Source: the human T2T-CHM13v2.0 reference genome, Homo sapiens. Taken from it: a stretch of DNA of 64,000 nt. The notes beneath the pieces were generated by a model. It made no database searches, was not told the origin of the DNA, and worked only from the letters and a program-made list of their open reading frames with translations. Shown here piece after piece: positions 52,891 through 64,000 of this stretch; position 1 is the stretch's first letter; every line of letters starts with the position of its first letter. The stretch lies in NCBI RefSeq assembly GCF_009914755.1, contig NC_060926.1. The stretch is one strand, 5' to 3'. The position numbers were made by a program, and so were the translations under genes.

Positions 52891-54391
52891 ACTTGTCACT
52901 CAAAGCATTTAGCTTTGGTGTCTCTAATATTCAGTACTCACATTTATGTTCAAATTTGGATGCTAGGTAGAAATGAAGACTTTGTATCTGCCACCAGAGA
53001 AGGCTATTTATTATTTGTCATTGCCTGTCACGAACTCACAAAGATAGTATTTGCCTATCCAAAGGTATCTAATTCCTCAGTTTCTTATGTGACTATAAAG
53101 GGGCCTACTTTGATCTTACCATGAACTCAAATCCTTTCGAAATTTCAATTTGTCAGTTTTGATATTTGCTTCTCTCTCTTTTCTACTCCTCTTATCCAGG
53201 AAAGGAGGCACATTGTAGTTTTTGACTTAATAATGGGACCTATATTAATAGTAAAGAAAGTTCAGAAGCCAAGAGAAAACCTGTGAAATGATAAAAAAGG
53301 TAGATGGATATATTTTTTTAAAATGTTCTGCCAAACACCTTTGAATTGGCACCATTGGGAATACCTTTCAACATGTAGGTTTAAGAAAACATTTAGCTTT
53401 ATAAAGCCGCAGAGAAAATCTTGTGATAAAATTAGTCAGAGTTGAGTAGAAATGGATTAAAGAAGGAACCAAAGAATTTAACTCATCAGCGAGAGGGGAT
53501 AAAACCAGGTCCTCGACCTGGAATTCCCACAGGGTCAGGGCTCTCCCCAGTGTTTTTTCACTGCTGGTTCCACAGATGACAGAGGGGATGGGTGGAGAGA
53601 TATGTTATCCTAGACTGGTCACTTGTGCAAGCAGACCACAATTGGGAGGAGGTCCACTAGTATTTGAGGAAAACTATTTAGAAGTGGGCATCTTCTAAAT
53701 AGTTGGGAATTATTGAAAAGCATTAGCCCATTAGTTGTGAGATAGATGGAAGATCATGAATCAGAGCGATATTAGAGTTTTCCTTTATCTGGAGCTGGAT
53801 AGCCCTAAAATAGCCAGGGAGGTGGTGTAGATGGCCACAGTGGATAGTGCACTGTGAGGCTTCCTGCTGGCTGTAGTTGTCCAAGGAAGATGGACCCATT
53901 ATGGGCATGGGCTTCTCAAAAGGCTTGTCATGGTCAAAATGCTTCTGAGTTATTGGAAAAACAATGGTGTTCAAGGGCTGGGCCATCATTTGGATCTTTC
54001 CTTGAGGTCACTAACCCTGTAATGAAGAAGCACCTTGTCACTGGACACAATGCTGGTTCCTGGCTGCTGGGGATGTTCTAACTCTGGTGGAGAGCTAACA
54101 ACAACATGAGTCACCTTACACTTACCTGCTGTGCCTTTCGCTTAAGACTGTTTCTGTCACCGGGTGTCATGGACAGCAGTTGGCTCCTAATGTGACAGGC
54201 TGGCTTCAGGGAACCAACTCTCCATTACTCTGTGCTACAGAATACATGCAGACCCAAGGAAGATGCTTGTCTGCCTGTCTGGTCCATCCAGGGCCATGAC
54301 CTTCAAATACACTCTAACCCCTGAGCCCTGTCTTCCTTCCTAACATTTGCTGGTGAAAGGTCTGGCCTCAGCATCTCTCTCAAAAAAAAAA

Positions 54392-54532
54392 TTTTTTTTT
54401 TTTTTTGTATTTTTAGTGGAGACAGGGTTTCACCGTGTTAGCCAGGATGGTCTTGATCTCCTAACTTCGTGATCCACCCGCCTCGGCCTCCCAAAGTGCT
54501 GGGATTACAGGTGTGATCCACCGCACCCTGCT
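54392..54532 (-). mobile_element. AluY-type left arm only, antisense
   Basis: Runs from the Alu 5' end to an expanded middle A-tract; the right arm is absent. Confidence 0.95.
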
Positions 54533-54565
54533 GGACCTTCTTTACTTTATAAAAATAGTACTCTT

Positions 54566-54902
<337 letters not shown>

Positions 54903-55479
54903 CTATATCTCAAGGGCCACCTGGATTTGGGGGAAGCTATGGGTCTTTTGAGCAGTTGGGTAGCGTGATACCATTTGTTTATTTCGTCTTAACTACGCAC
55001 TTGTGAACACATCTGTCATTTGTGGAGACTCTAAGCAGGGACTTATTGTGACCACCACCTGGAAAGGTTTGGAGATTTAAGTGCCACGATTCAAGAAGAG
55101 GCAGCTCAAGTGAAAACAAACATTATGACATTTAAGAAGCAAAATGAGCATTTACTTTGGGCCAGATGTGTTACTGCATATCACAGTAATGGTCTGGTCT
55201 GTACCCACTGCCAAATGCCAGACGATGAGCTGCAGCCAGAGACAGGGCGGGCCTTGGAGGCTGGTACCTGAGTTTCTCATACCTTCCTCCTTTCTTGCCT
55301 GTAACACATTCCTCGCAGTGTGACCAACACAAAGGGGTTCTGCTGCTGTCCTTAGCTCTTTCGGCAACCCCAGTGAGCTTTCAGGCTGCGGAGCACAACT
55401 TTCCCTGTGGATTCCAACATTGCAGGTTTCTGGGAAATTCAGAGGGATGCCTCCATTCCAAGATGGTCAGTGTTTACCT

Positions 55480-55930
55480 TAAATTCAGCCTGATATTTAG
55501 CATAAATTTATGAGGCATGTGCTAAGTTTAAAGCACTGTTCTCAGTCATATAGAAACAGGAAAAAAAAAAAAAAACAAAGACATGGATCTTGTCCTCAAG
55601 GAATAATCTCACCCTAGTGAGCTACAGAGAAACCATACACACATACCCCAAACAGTGCAGAAAGTGCAATAAATCTTACAATACAAATAGAAACTAAGTG
55701 TCATGAGAGCAGAGATGAGGAAATAAGGAATTCTGATGAAGAAAAAGGCAGTCAGAAATTGAGAAAGTCTTCTTAGGGGAGCTAGCAATTGAGCTGCGCC
55801 TTGAAGAAGAGATATCTAGATGGGCAGAGAGGAGGAGAGAGCAGGGAAAGGGGAAGGATTCCAGGAGGAGGGAACAGAGTGAACAAAGGGCTGTAGGCAG
55901 GACCCAGGAGGCAAGGCTGGAATGTGTGTG
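55480..55930 (-). mobile_element. L2 fragment
   Basis: aagacatggatcttgtcctcaagga...ttgagctgcgccttgaagaa...ggattccagg...gaacaaaggg. Confidence 0.7.
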
Positions 55931-57498
55931 GAGTGGGAGGGGAGGGGAGGGGGAGGCATCAAAGGTGTGTTGAATAGCCTTTAAGTTTTACATGTATTCA
56001 ACAAATGACAATTATTGTGTAAAACACAGGCTTAGCCACTGAGAAAGGAGGGAGGGTTACAAAACGCCCACATATCTTAAGTCTTTTGCTCTCCTTGGGG
56101 AGAACCTTGGGGCTGTTTTGGGACCATCAGTGGCCATGAGTTTTCCATTGCTTAAGTTCTCTCTGACCATCTCTCTTGCTCCTGTCTTCGTTCGTTGAAC
56201 CCTGATGTGAACCATCTGACCCTTCCTAGTCCCCAATTCTTGCCTAGTTTTTGTTGACTCTGACTGACTTGTACAGTTTCTAGTTCTCTGCCTATAAATA
56301 TAAGGTGACCTAATCCTTCGATGCTCTGGCCAGCCCTGAGTGGAGTTTGTCTTCATGTGAATACAGACATCTTTTGCCTTGGTAGTTCTGGCTTCTGCTG
56401 AATGTTTTCTCCCTCCAGGCACTCGCTTTGTTGTTCTGTAGGCACACAGTTTCAAGCCTGGGATGGCTTGGAGTGTTACAGATGCATCAGGAAAGAAAAA
56501 AAAAAAAGACCAAAAAAAAAAAAAGAAATAAAACCCCAAAAAACGACTAAAAGAGTTCCAACTTCAATGAGTAATGAAGTTGCATGAATCCTAACTTGTG
56601 GTTCCAAAGCATTTCCATAAGCCTCTTGATTTCCAAATGAGAAAATCATGATAAGCAGTTAATTAGCTCTTTAAGCAAAGGCGAGTCACCACAGACACTG
56701 CTGTGTACTCCACGCTCTCAGGAGAGGGAGGCCACTGCCACATTCTGAAAAACATGCAGTGCAAGCATGAAAACGGAGTTCATAGAAATTCAAGTAATGT
56801 CCTTTGACTTTTCATTAAGCTGGGCATGTCCCAGTTACCCCTTGGGGACTTTCTTAATGTTATCATGGCAACATACAATTAAGTCAGATTACATTTTTTA
56901 TATGCAGGGAGAGGTGCTAAGATACTATTCTAAATTATTCATCAGTTCACTTTTCACAAAACAATCCCAGATATGACTTTAAGATGTGCAATATTAAAAA
57001 AAAAAAAACCAGATAATTTCATATGGCTATATCATGTAAAGAAACCTTTCTTCCTTTCCCCAGGGAGAACAAAAGACTTAATCGAACTCCACATGTGTCA
57101 CTGTGCATATCACAATTTACCGTATTACTCTGATTTATGTGGCAAATTGTGAACTCCTCGAGAATTCCCCAGGGCTGGAATATTTTGATTTCAGCATTAT
57201 AAAGCCAGGGACAGCTCTGAAAAGGAGCTCAATCATTTCTTTCTCAATCATTTAATTCTCTCTCTCTGTGTTTGTGTGGGGGTAGGGGCAGGGGTGTGTG
57301 TTGACCCTTGGTAATAATAAAATAGTCATTAGGTATTTATTAAGGGGATTGATTACATATAGGCACCTTCAGAATGGCATCACACTAATGAGTCTTAAGG
57401 GTCTCCCTTAGTTTTCCGAGAAAAACTGAAAGGAGAGAGAATGAATTGGGATGCTGAGTTACACAGCTGGAGGCCAGCCCTGGTGGGGTAGGGCTTAG

Positions 57499-57938
57499 TG
57501 TTAGGAGACACTCTTTTACTGGTTTCTTGCACTCCTCTACATCTTGCAGAGTATGCCAAGATTACAAGGCCCTGACCACTCTTTATCTAGGCCGTTTCTC
57601 AAAATTTATTTGCAGCAAGCATCCTTGAAGGATGAGGTAATGTCTCCTCCAAGAAAGAGAGCAGGCTTTCTTACACACTGCTGTAAAGTGACGCATTCCC
57701 AGGGTTAGTATTTTTCTCTTCTGATGCATCTCACTTTGTGTGCATTCATCCAGATTCACCTGTGCTGGCCCTGAGGTAATTGGGGCTCGGTGACCGTGAT
57801 GATGCTCTGGCTACTGATTTTGTTGTGAGTAAAAAACGGCTTTTTTCTCTGACTCAAGAAAGCAGCCATGAAATGGTGGCAAGTTAACTTGTTAGCTTGC
57901 AGGTAGTGTAACATCTCGAAGCTACATAGACCCTGACA
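57499..57938 (+). mobile_element. ERVL solo LTR (LTR47-like)
   Basis: TG...CA ends (tgttaggaga...ccctgaca), 440 bp; internal catcttgc, ccttgaaggatgaggtaatgtctcc, ctctggctactg, cttgttagcttgca. Confidence 0.7.
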
Positions 57939-58231
57939 ATTAATGTGTAATGCTTCCAGTGGCTTCTCTTTCCCTTGCCTATTCTGAAGATAAGATTCTT
58001 CTTGCTGGAATATCCTATTTTACTATGCTCAGTTCTCAAATGCTCTTAAACCCTAGGTCTGAGTAGGAACTTTCTTTATTCTCAAGCTCTCAAAAAGAAG
58101 AGTTTATTATTGACCACTAAGAAATAAAATGCCACTCACAAATTCCTACTGTGCCAGGCTTTCTCTAACAGGGTGTACTCGATGAGACTTGACTCATAGA
58201 CCCCTGTGGGCAGGCTACATAGAATATTTGA

Positions 58232-58584
<353 letters not shown>

Positions 58585-59009
58585 ATGTGTTCAATTTGAT
58601 GACACCATTATGGGCCTGGGAGAAAAAGTCCGGGTGCTTTATTTAAATATCCACTTCTGGGCGCATCCCCAAATTCAGATTCAGGGTTCCCTGGAAACCA
58701 TGCCTTTGACAGTTACTTAGATGGTGGGGCCCCAGGCACTCATTTGTAGGCCCTTTTCTGTTGTTTATGGGACATGTGAAAATGTGTGAGCCTGGGCTGA
58801 TGAGCAATGGAAACTCCTAGTTCAGGACTTCTCTCCTGTCTACCAGGAAGTGGTTGTGTTGCATTTGTTTTGAGAAGAAATCTGATTCTCTCCAGCCCTC
58901 TCCCAGCTGAAATGCCTGCTTTTATTACTACATCATACTTCTGAGGGGCCAGCCTGGCCTAGGAGCAGGTGACAACAGAACTACACCTACTACAACCACC
59001 ACATTCCAA

Positions 59010-59240
59010 CAACAATCGTTCTTTTTGTATTAATTGTCTCCTATGCACCAGGCTCCTTAAGCCTATGATCTTCACATTCCACAGCAGCCATGAGAACTGG
59101 GTATCACACTGCCTACTTTATACCCAAGGAGACAGGAACTAATTGGGTCACATAGCTTCAATAGCTTCTGAGTGCCAAAGCTAGGATTATAACACAGAGC
59201 TCTTTGAGTTCAAAATCTTTCCAGTTTATACTGGTGCCTC
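59010..59240 (-). mobile_element. MIR
   Basis: cctatgcaccaggc...cacagcagccatgag...ggtcacatagct...aagctaggatt. Confidence 0.65.
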
Positions 59241-59319
59241 TCTAGTGCCACTTTCTTTGTAAAGGCTCAGAAAGATGAGATGTGGTCTGTGAAATTCATG
59301 AAGACCTTCATTTCTCAGT

Positions 59320-60810
59320 TGAAATGCCTCCAAATAATCCATATCACTTAGAGAATAGAGTCCAGTCTTCCGGCCTTTCAGTCAATTCTCTCTGTAGTAT
59401 TGCCTCAATCATCTTTTTAGCCACGTTTCTCACTCTTCACCCACAAACAGACCTTAAACCACAGCCAAATGAAATATTCATAATTCCCTGTAGTGTCATT
59501 CATTTTTCTCACTCTGTGCTTTTGCTTAGGTATCCCAGCCTGAAACAGCCTACTTTTTTCTCTAACAACTCACTGAAATCCTACCATCTTTCAAGGTCTT
59601 AAATCAAATATCACCTCCATGAGGCTGTTTCGGATTCCCACAGCTGCATGTGAACATTTCCTCTTTTTGACATCACACCGTTTCCATGTCTCAAGCCTCT
59701 GAAAACACACGGCCTTAGTGCACCTTGCTCCTTCTAGACAGTGCTTTTGAAAAGCAGGTTGTCCTGGGATCCCAGATCTTTCTTGTGCTTTGGATCTGTA
59801 AATCTCACTGCCTACCAATATCTCCAGTGGGGAATTCTACAGAGAAATTCTCATCTTCGATACAGCCAGAACTGATCTAATCTCCCTCATGAATATGAAC
59901 CCCCTCCAGTGCTCTCATCCCAGTCAATGACCCTCCTACACACATTTGTCCAAGCTAGAAATAGGAGTATCGTCACTTACCCTTTTTTCTCCATCGGTTG
60001 TCACATACATCAATCATCTAATCCTACTGCACTACCTCCAAAATACACCCCAAATCTAAGAATTTCTCGCAATTTCCCCTGTATTTTCCCAAGTCTAAGT
60101 GACCATCATGTCTCATCATATTACCGTAGCAACTTTCTTAAAATTTATCTCCAAACATCCAGGTTTCCCCAACCCAAACCAATTCTCACTACCATGGTGA
60201 GAGCAAGCCTTAAAAATTGCAAATCACATCATGAACTTCTGCTCAGAAATTGAGCTTAGGATAAAATCTAAACAAATGGTTTGTGTGATTTTTCTTTCCG
60301 TGACTATTTTGCACCTCTCTAGCCATATCTCTCACAGTTTTCCTTGCCCTTTATGCTTTGTCCCTTCTAAACCTCATTCATTTCTTCAGATAAACAATGT
60401 TCATTCCCACTTTCATTTTTCTTCACCTCCAAGAACACGCAGCTTTTGCCCTCAACCTGATTCACACATTTTTGCCTGGCTACTCCTCTGCTCTATCTCA
60501 GGTTACATATAACTTCTGAGATGCTTTCTCTGACCTCACGGTCTGGACTTGGTGCTCTCTGATGTCTTCCTGTATCACTCTTACTCCCTAGTCACAGCAG
60601 AGTGTTAAAGATGCTGTTTAACTGTCTGTCTCCCTAACTAGACTAACTAGAGAATATCCATTAAAACCTTGAAATCTGTGGAATTCTTTCCCACAAGGTA
60701 TTTGTCTCCCCAACTAGATGTGAAGTCTTAGCAGAGCTTGGGCTAGGCTCCATGTAATTATAAACCTCCACGGAGCCTAGTGTATGGAAAGCATACTAAA
60801 AACTTGCCTT
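59320..60810 (+). mobile_element. L2 fragments
   Basis: tcaaatatcacctccatgaggc, actgcctaccaatatctcca, ttgtccaagctagaaataggag, ctgtctgtctccctaactagact. Confidence 0.75.
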
Positions 60811-61859
60811 TTGATTATTTGAGAAGAAAACAGGTATTTTCTGTTTGCAACTAGTCACATGGATTATTAGATATATTCCTGAGTCTTTACATTGCCATTT
60901 TTTTGTTGTTAAATTAATATTGTCTTGCTAGGGTTAATAGCTATTTTAAAAGGAACCAGAGAAAGTAGGAAAGAACTTGTCTATGTTCATGATGACATTA
61001 ATTTATGAGAAAGGGTTGGAGGAGCAAGCCAATCAAATACTGGTTGCCAAATTACCATATATCACACAATTTACGAGGCAGTCAAAAGTGTTATTACATT
61101 GGAGACCAGAACAACCTTTTTAATTCATCCTTATGACAGTGATTGCAATGACTCTAAGAACCTGGTTTAACCTGAGTTCATCTTATGAAAGGCCTTTCAT
61201 TTTAAAAAATTACATGTATTGAATTTTAAAGAAGGCTTGGTTTAAAAGGTATACAGTTAAAGCATAATAAAAATGCCTCAATAATCAATCTATGTTTTAT
61301 ATTTGGGTCCCCATCAGCATCTAAGGAAGGCATGCAGTGGATCCTGGTTTATACAAACCAAGCATTGATGCATTTCTTTTTTCTCTGTAGAAAAAAACAA
61401 TTAATCTCCAGATTTCATCAAAGTAATCCTGCTTTTTTTCAATGCTCCCATGGCCCTGGCATCTCTCACCAGATTCTAATTTTTCTCTCCTAAGAACTCT
61501 AAAGAAGTCATTTTGACTGGCCAGTAGTGGACCCCTCCCTAATCCTTCTGTTTTGCAGGGAAAGCCAGCACCCATGCATCCAAGAAGAGCCCTGGTCAAG
61601 GAGAAGGGCTTGCTTTTATCATTGTTTTGGGTTTCATTGATCCATGGCCTTGTGGACACAATAAGTATAATGTTACTTCTACCTCCATTGTTGGCTTGGC
61701 TCCTAAGGAGCTGGGATACTGTAGCTGCAATAACCTTGCATGGCTTCCTACCCAGCCCCCAGCTCTAAGCACAAAACAGATGCTCAATTACACTCATGGC
61801 ATGAGCAAAGAAATACTTTTATTTATTCTTTTTTTTTATTTCTTGACTTTTATAATTCA

Positions 61860-61893
61860 CTAGTTTATGTTATCAGCTAGTTTATGTTATCAG
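61860..61893 (+). repeat. Perfect 17-bp tandem duplication (ctagtttatgttatcag)x2
   Basis: Read directly from the sequence. Confidence 0.95.
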
Positions 61894-62534
61894 TTCAAGA
61901 CTGACTCACATAAGCATGAACCTTATGGTGTGTTTCTTCACTTGGGGCTGTCCTGCTCAGGGCATTGCCATACTTAGGTGTAGTCAGTGCTGCTGGATGC
62001 AGCTCTGCCAAAGTTCATTAAATGGGAGTGAGAACAGCACTTCAGTATGCTGTGTTCTCTGGCTTCCATTCTCAGAGCAGCTGGCTTCCTTGGTGGCTGC
62101 CAATCAGCCTCTTGATGATGGCTTCCATCTACTGTGCTGGAGTGGTTTTGGCCTTCTGCAAATGCTGGGAACTCTGGAGAACAAGGTAGCTTCTAAAATC
62201 TCAAACGAGTCTTTCTCCTAAGAGGACGTATTTCTAATAGCCCCCAAGTTGGGACATGGACTCTGAGAGGGCCTGACACTTAAGTGGTTTAGATTATGGC
62301 TATGTGATTGGTAAGAGTTAAACATAGAGGGCCTATGGTGTGCCCGATGCATAAGAAGCACTTAATATTGTCAATGCCCTTTTCCTACTATTCTTTCACC
62401 CTGCCTCTGGATCCATCACACTTTGCCCCTTGGTGAAGCTACGGGGCTTTTGTGGGAGGAGAAAGAGTATGAAAACCAAGAGTATGAGCTTACTCTTGAA
62501 CACTAATTATAAATTATTAATATAAACAAGCTTA

Positions 62535-62920
62535 GAAAGATGTTTTGGGTAGAAGCAACAACTCAAACTAAGATACAGAGATGAGAAACAACAAGGAGTG
62601 CATGGGTGTATTGGGATTTCCATGGAAACTCAATGTGAGGCAAGAAGGGTCAGAATTGAGGGTGGAGAGTTAGCGCTAAATCATTGAGGAACTTCTAGAT
62701 GGTGCTAACTATCAAAGACTTTGATCTGAAGTCAATGAGGGGAGCATTGGAGGGTTTTAAGTGGTGCTGGGAAATCTAGTCAGGTCTGCATTTTTGAAAT
62801 ATTGCTCACTGTGGCTGCAATTTGGAGGAGGAAATGCTGAGGAATTAGTTAGGCGGCTGACGCAGAATTTTACTAAGATACACTGAGGCCTGAGCTAGAT
62901 CAGTGGTGTGGAGAAGAAGA
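62535..62920 (-). mobile_element. L2 fragment
   Basis: agactttgatctgaagtcaatgagggggagcattggagggttttaag...caggtctgcatttttgaaa. Confidence 0.65.
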
Positions 62921-64000
62921 AATGCTATTCCTACCCTGCCAAGCTCTTCTGCTCTATAATTCTTCAACTAAGGTGTTTATGATTCCATTTCAGGATCTCT
63001 TGCTCTATCTCTTTGTTTGACTCTCAATGGTGTTCAAAGGCTTGTGAAGGCTCTATGCTAGAACTTCAGGCATCGATAATGAGTAGAACAGCAGTTTCAG
63101 GGGAGGAATTTCTTTTTTTTTTTTTTTTTAGGTTACCTAACATCATACCATTGCCCTGGTTATTTATTCATGGGTCTGAGCCAAGGTGGCTTTTAGGGAC
63201 TGACCTAGTGGTGTTCTGTCTCTACTGCACTTTGAGCTACTTGCCCCTAAGCATGCTCAGCCCAACATGTTCAGCATCTCCAGCTAGACTTCCTTCCTGC
63301 ACACAGATAGGCACCAGGGAGCCTCAAGAATCTAGAGTCTAAGCAGCCTCCTTATAAGGAATGGGTGCCCATTGTTGCTCTCTGCTTTCACTAGGATGGG
63401 TAGGGGTGTTTATAAAATGTGTCATGTAGCTTCATACCACTCTTTGAGCCATTGCTTTGATTCTTCCTAGAATTTTAGAATCCATTGCTGGTGATTTATT
63501 CTTATACCCCGTGGTGTAAATTTCTTAAGAAATATCCTTGCTTAGAAGTTGAATACTTCTGTCAACAGGGGTCTCATCCTTCATGGGAGAACTTTCTAAT
63601 TTAGGATTATCAGACTCCTAAAAATCTCCACCTATATTGTTAAAAAGTCTGTATTTTTTAACTTTCCATACATTGGTCTCTTCTATTTTCTGAACCTAGT
63701 AGAACATGATGGAGCTGAAGAGATTCCCAGTTACCTTTCCCGTCTTGCAGAGTCTTCCGCTCTTGAAGATGAGCATCCACTGTATACTTGGGATTAGCTC
63801 TTTAATTACTTGTTTTCTAATCACTCTACCATTTCACCCTCTTTGGATATATGTACTTCTTCTTGGTGTGGGCCTGTAGCTGACTGTAGCTAGGGCAACT
63901 AACATTTACAAATAATTAGGTAAACCTGGTGGGGATTAGCTGACAGTGATTTGAGAGGAAAGCTCTGAAGGAAAGAAGTACCAGATAGGAACAGGGCAAG

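Noticed and set aside
56057-56539. 160-aa ORF
   Set aside because: It begins in a poly-T tract with a non-ATG start and has no recognisable homology.
57278-57294. G-rich tract as a G-quadruplex
   Set aside because: It has only three G-runs.

Overview
This is primate, human-like non-coding DNA (AluY/AluS, L1PA, MIR, L2, MaLR/ERVL LTRs, MER/Tigger). I found no credible protein-coding exon, RNA gene or CpG-island promoter, and the ORF track is explained by repeats and chance. The first ~18 kb is dense in old L1. The rest is a mosaic of MIR/L2/Alu and repeat-free islands, some of which carry homeodomain/TALE/RFX motif clusters (candidate enhancers, unproven). The strongest signals are structural. 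(1) A head-to-head AluY pair only 33 bp apart (54392-54887) shares a 62-bp identical tract with non-consensus variants, and its target-site duplication lies on the wrong Alu, which points to an Alu-Alu inversion plus gene conversion. (2) A 47-bp interlocked double inverted repeat (28825-28871) resolves into an inverted micro-duplication of template-switch type. (3) A 103-bp unique-looking direct repeat has copies 752 bp apart that differ only by transitions. Repeat subfamily names come from recalled consensus features, not a database search, and boundaries of old elements are approximate. I could not identify the locus.
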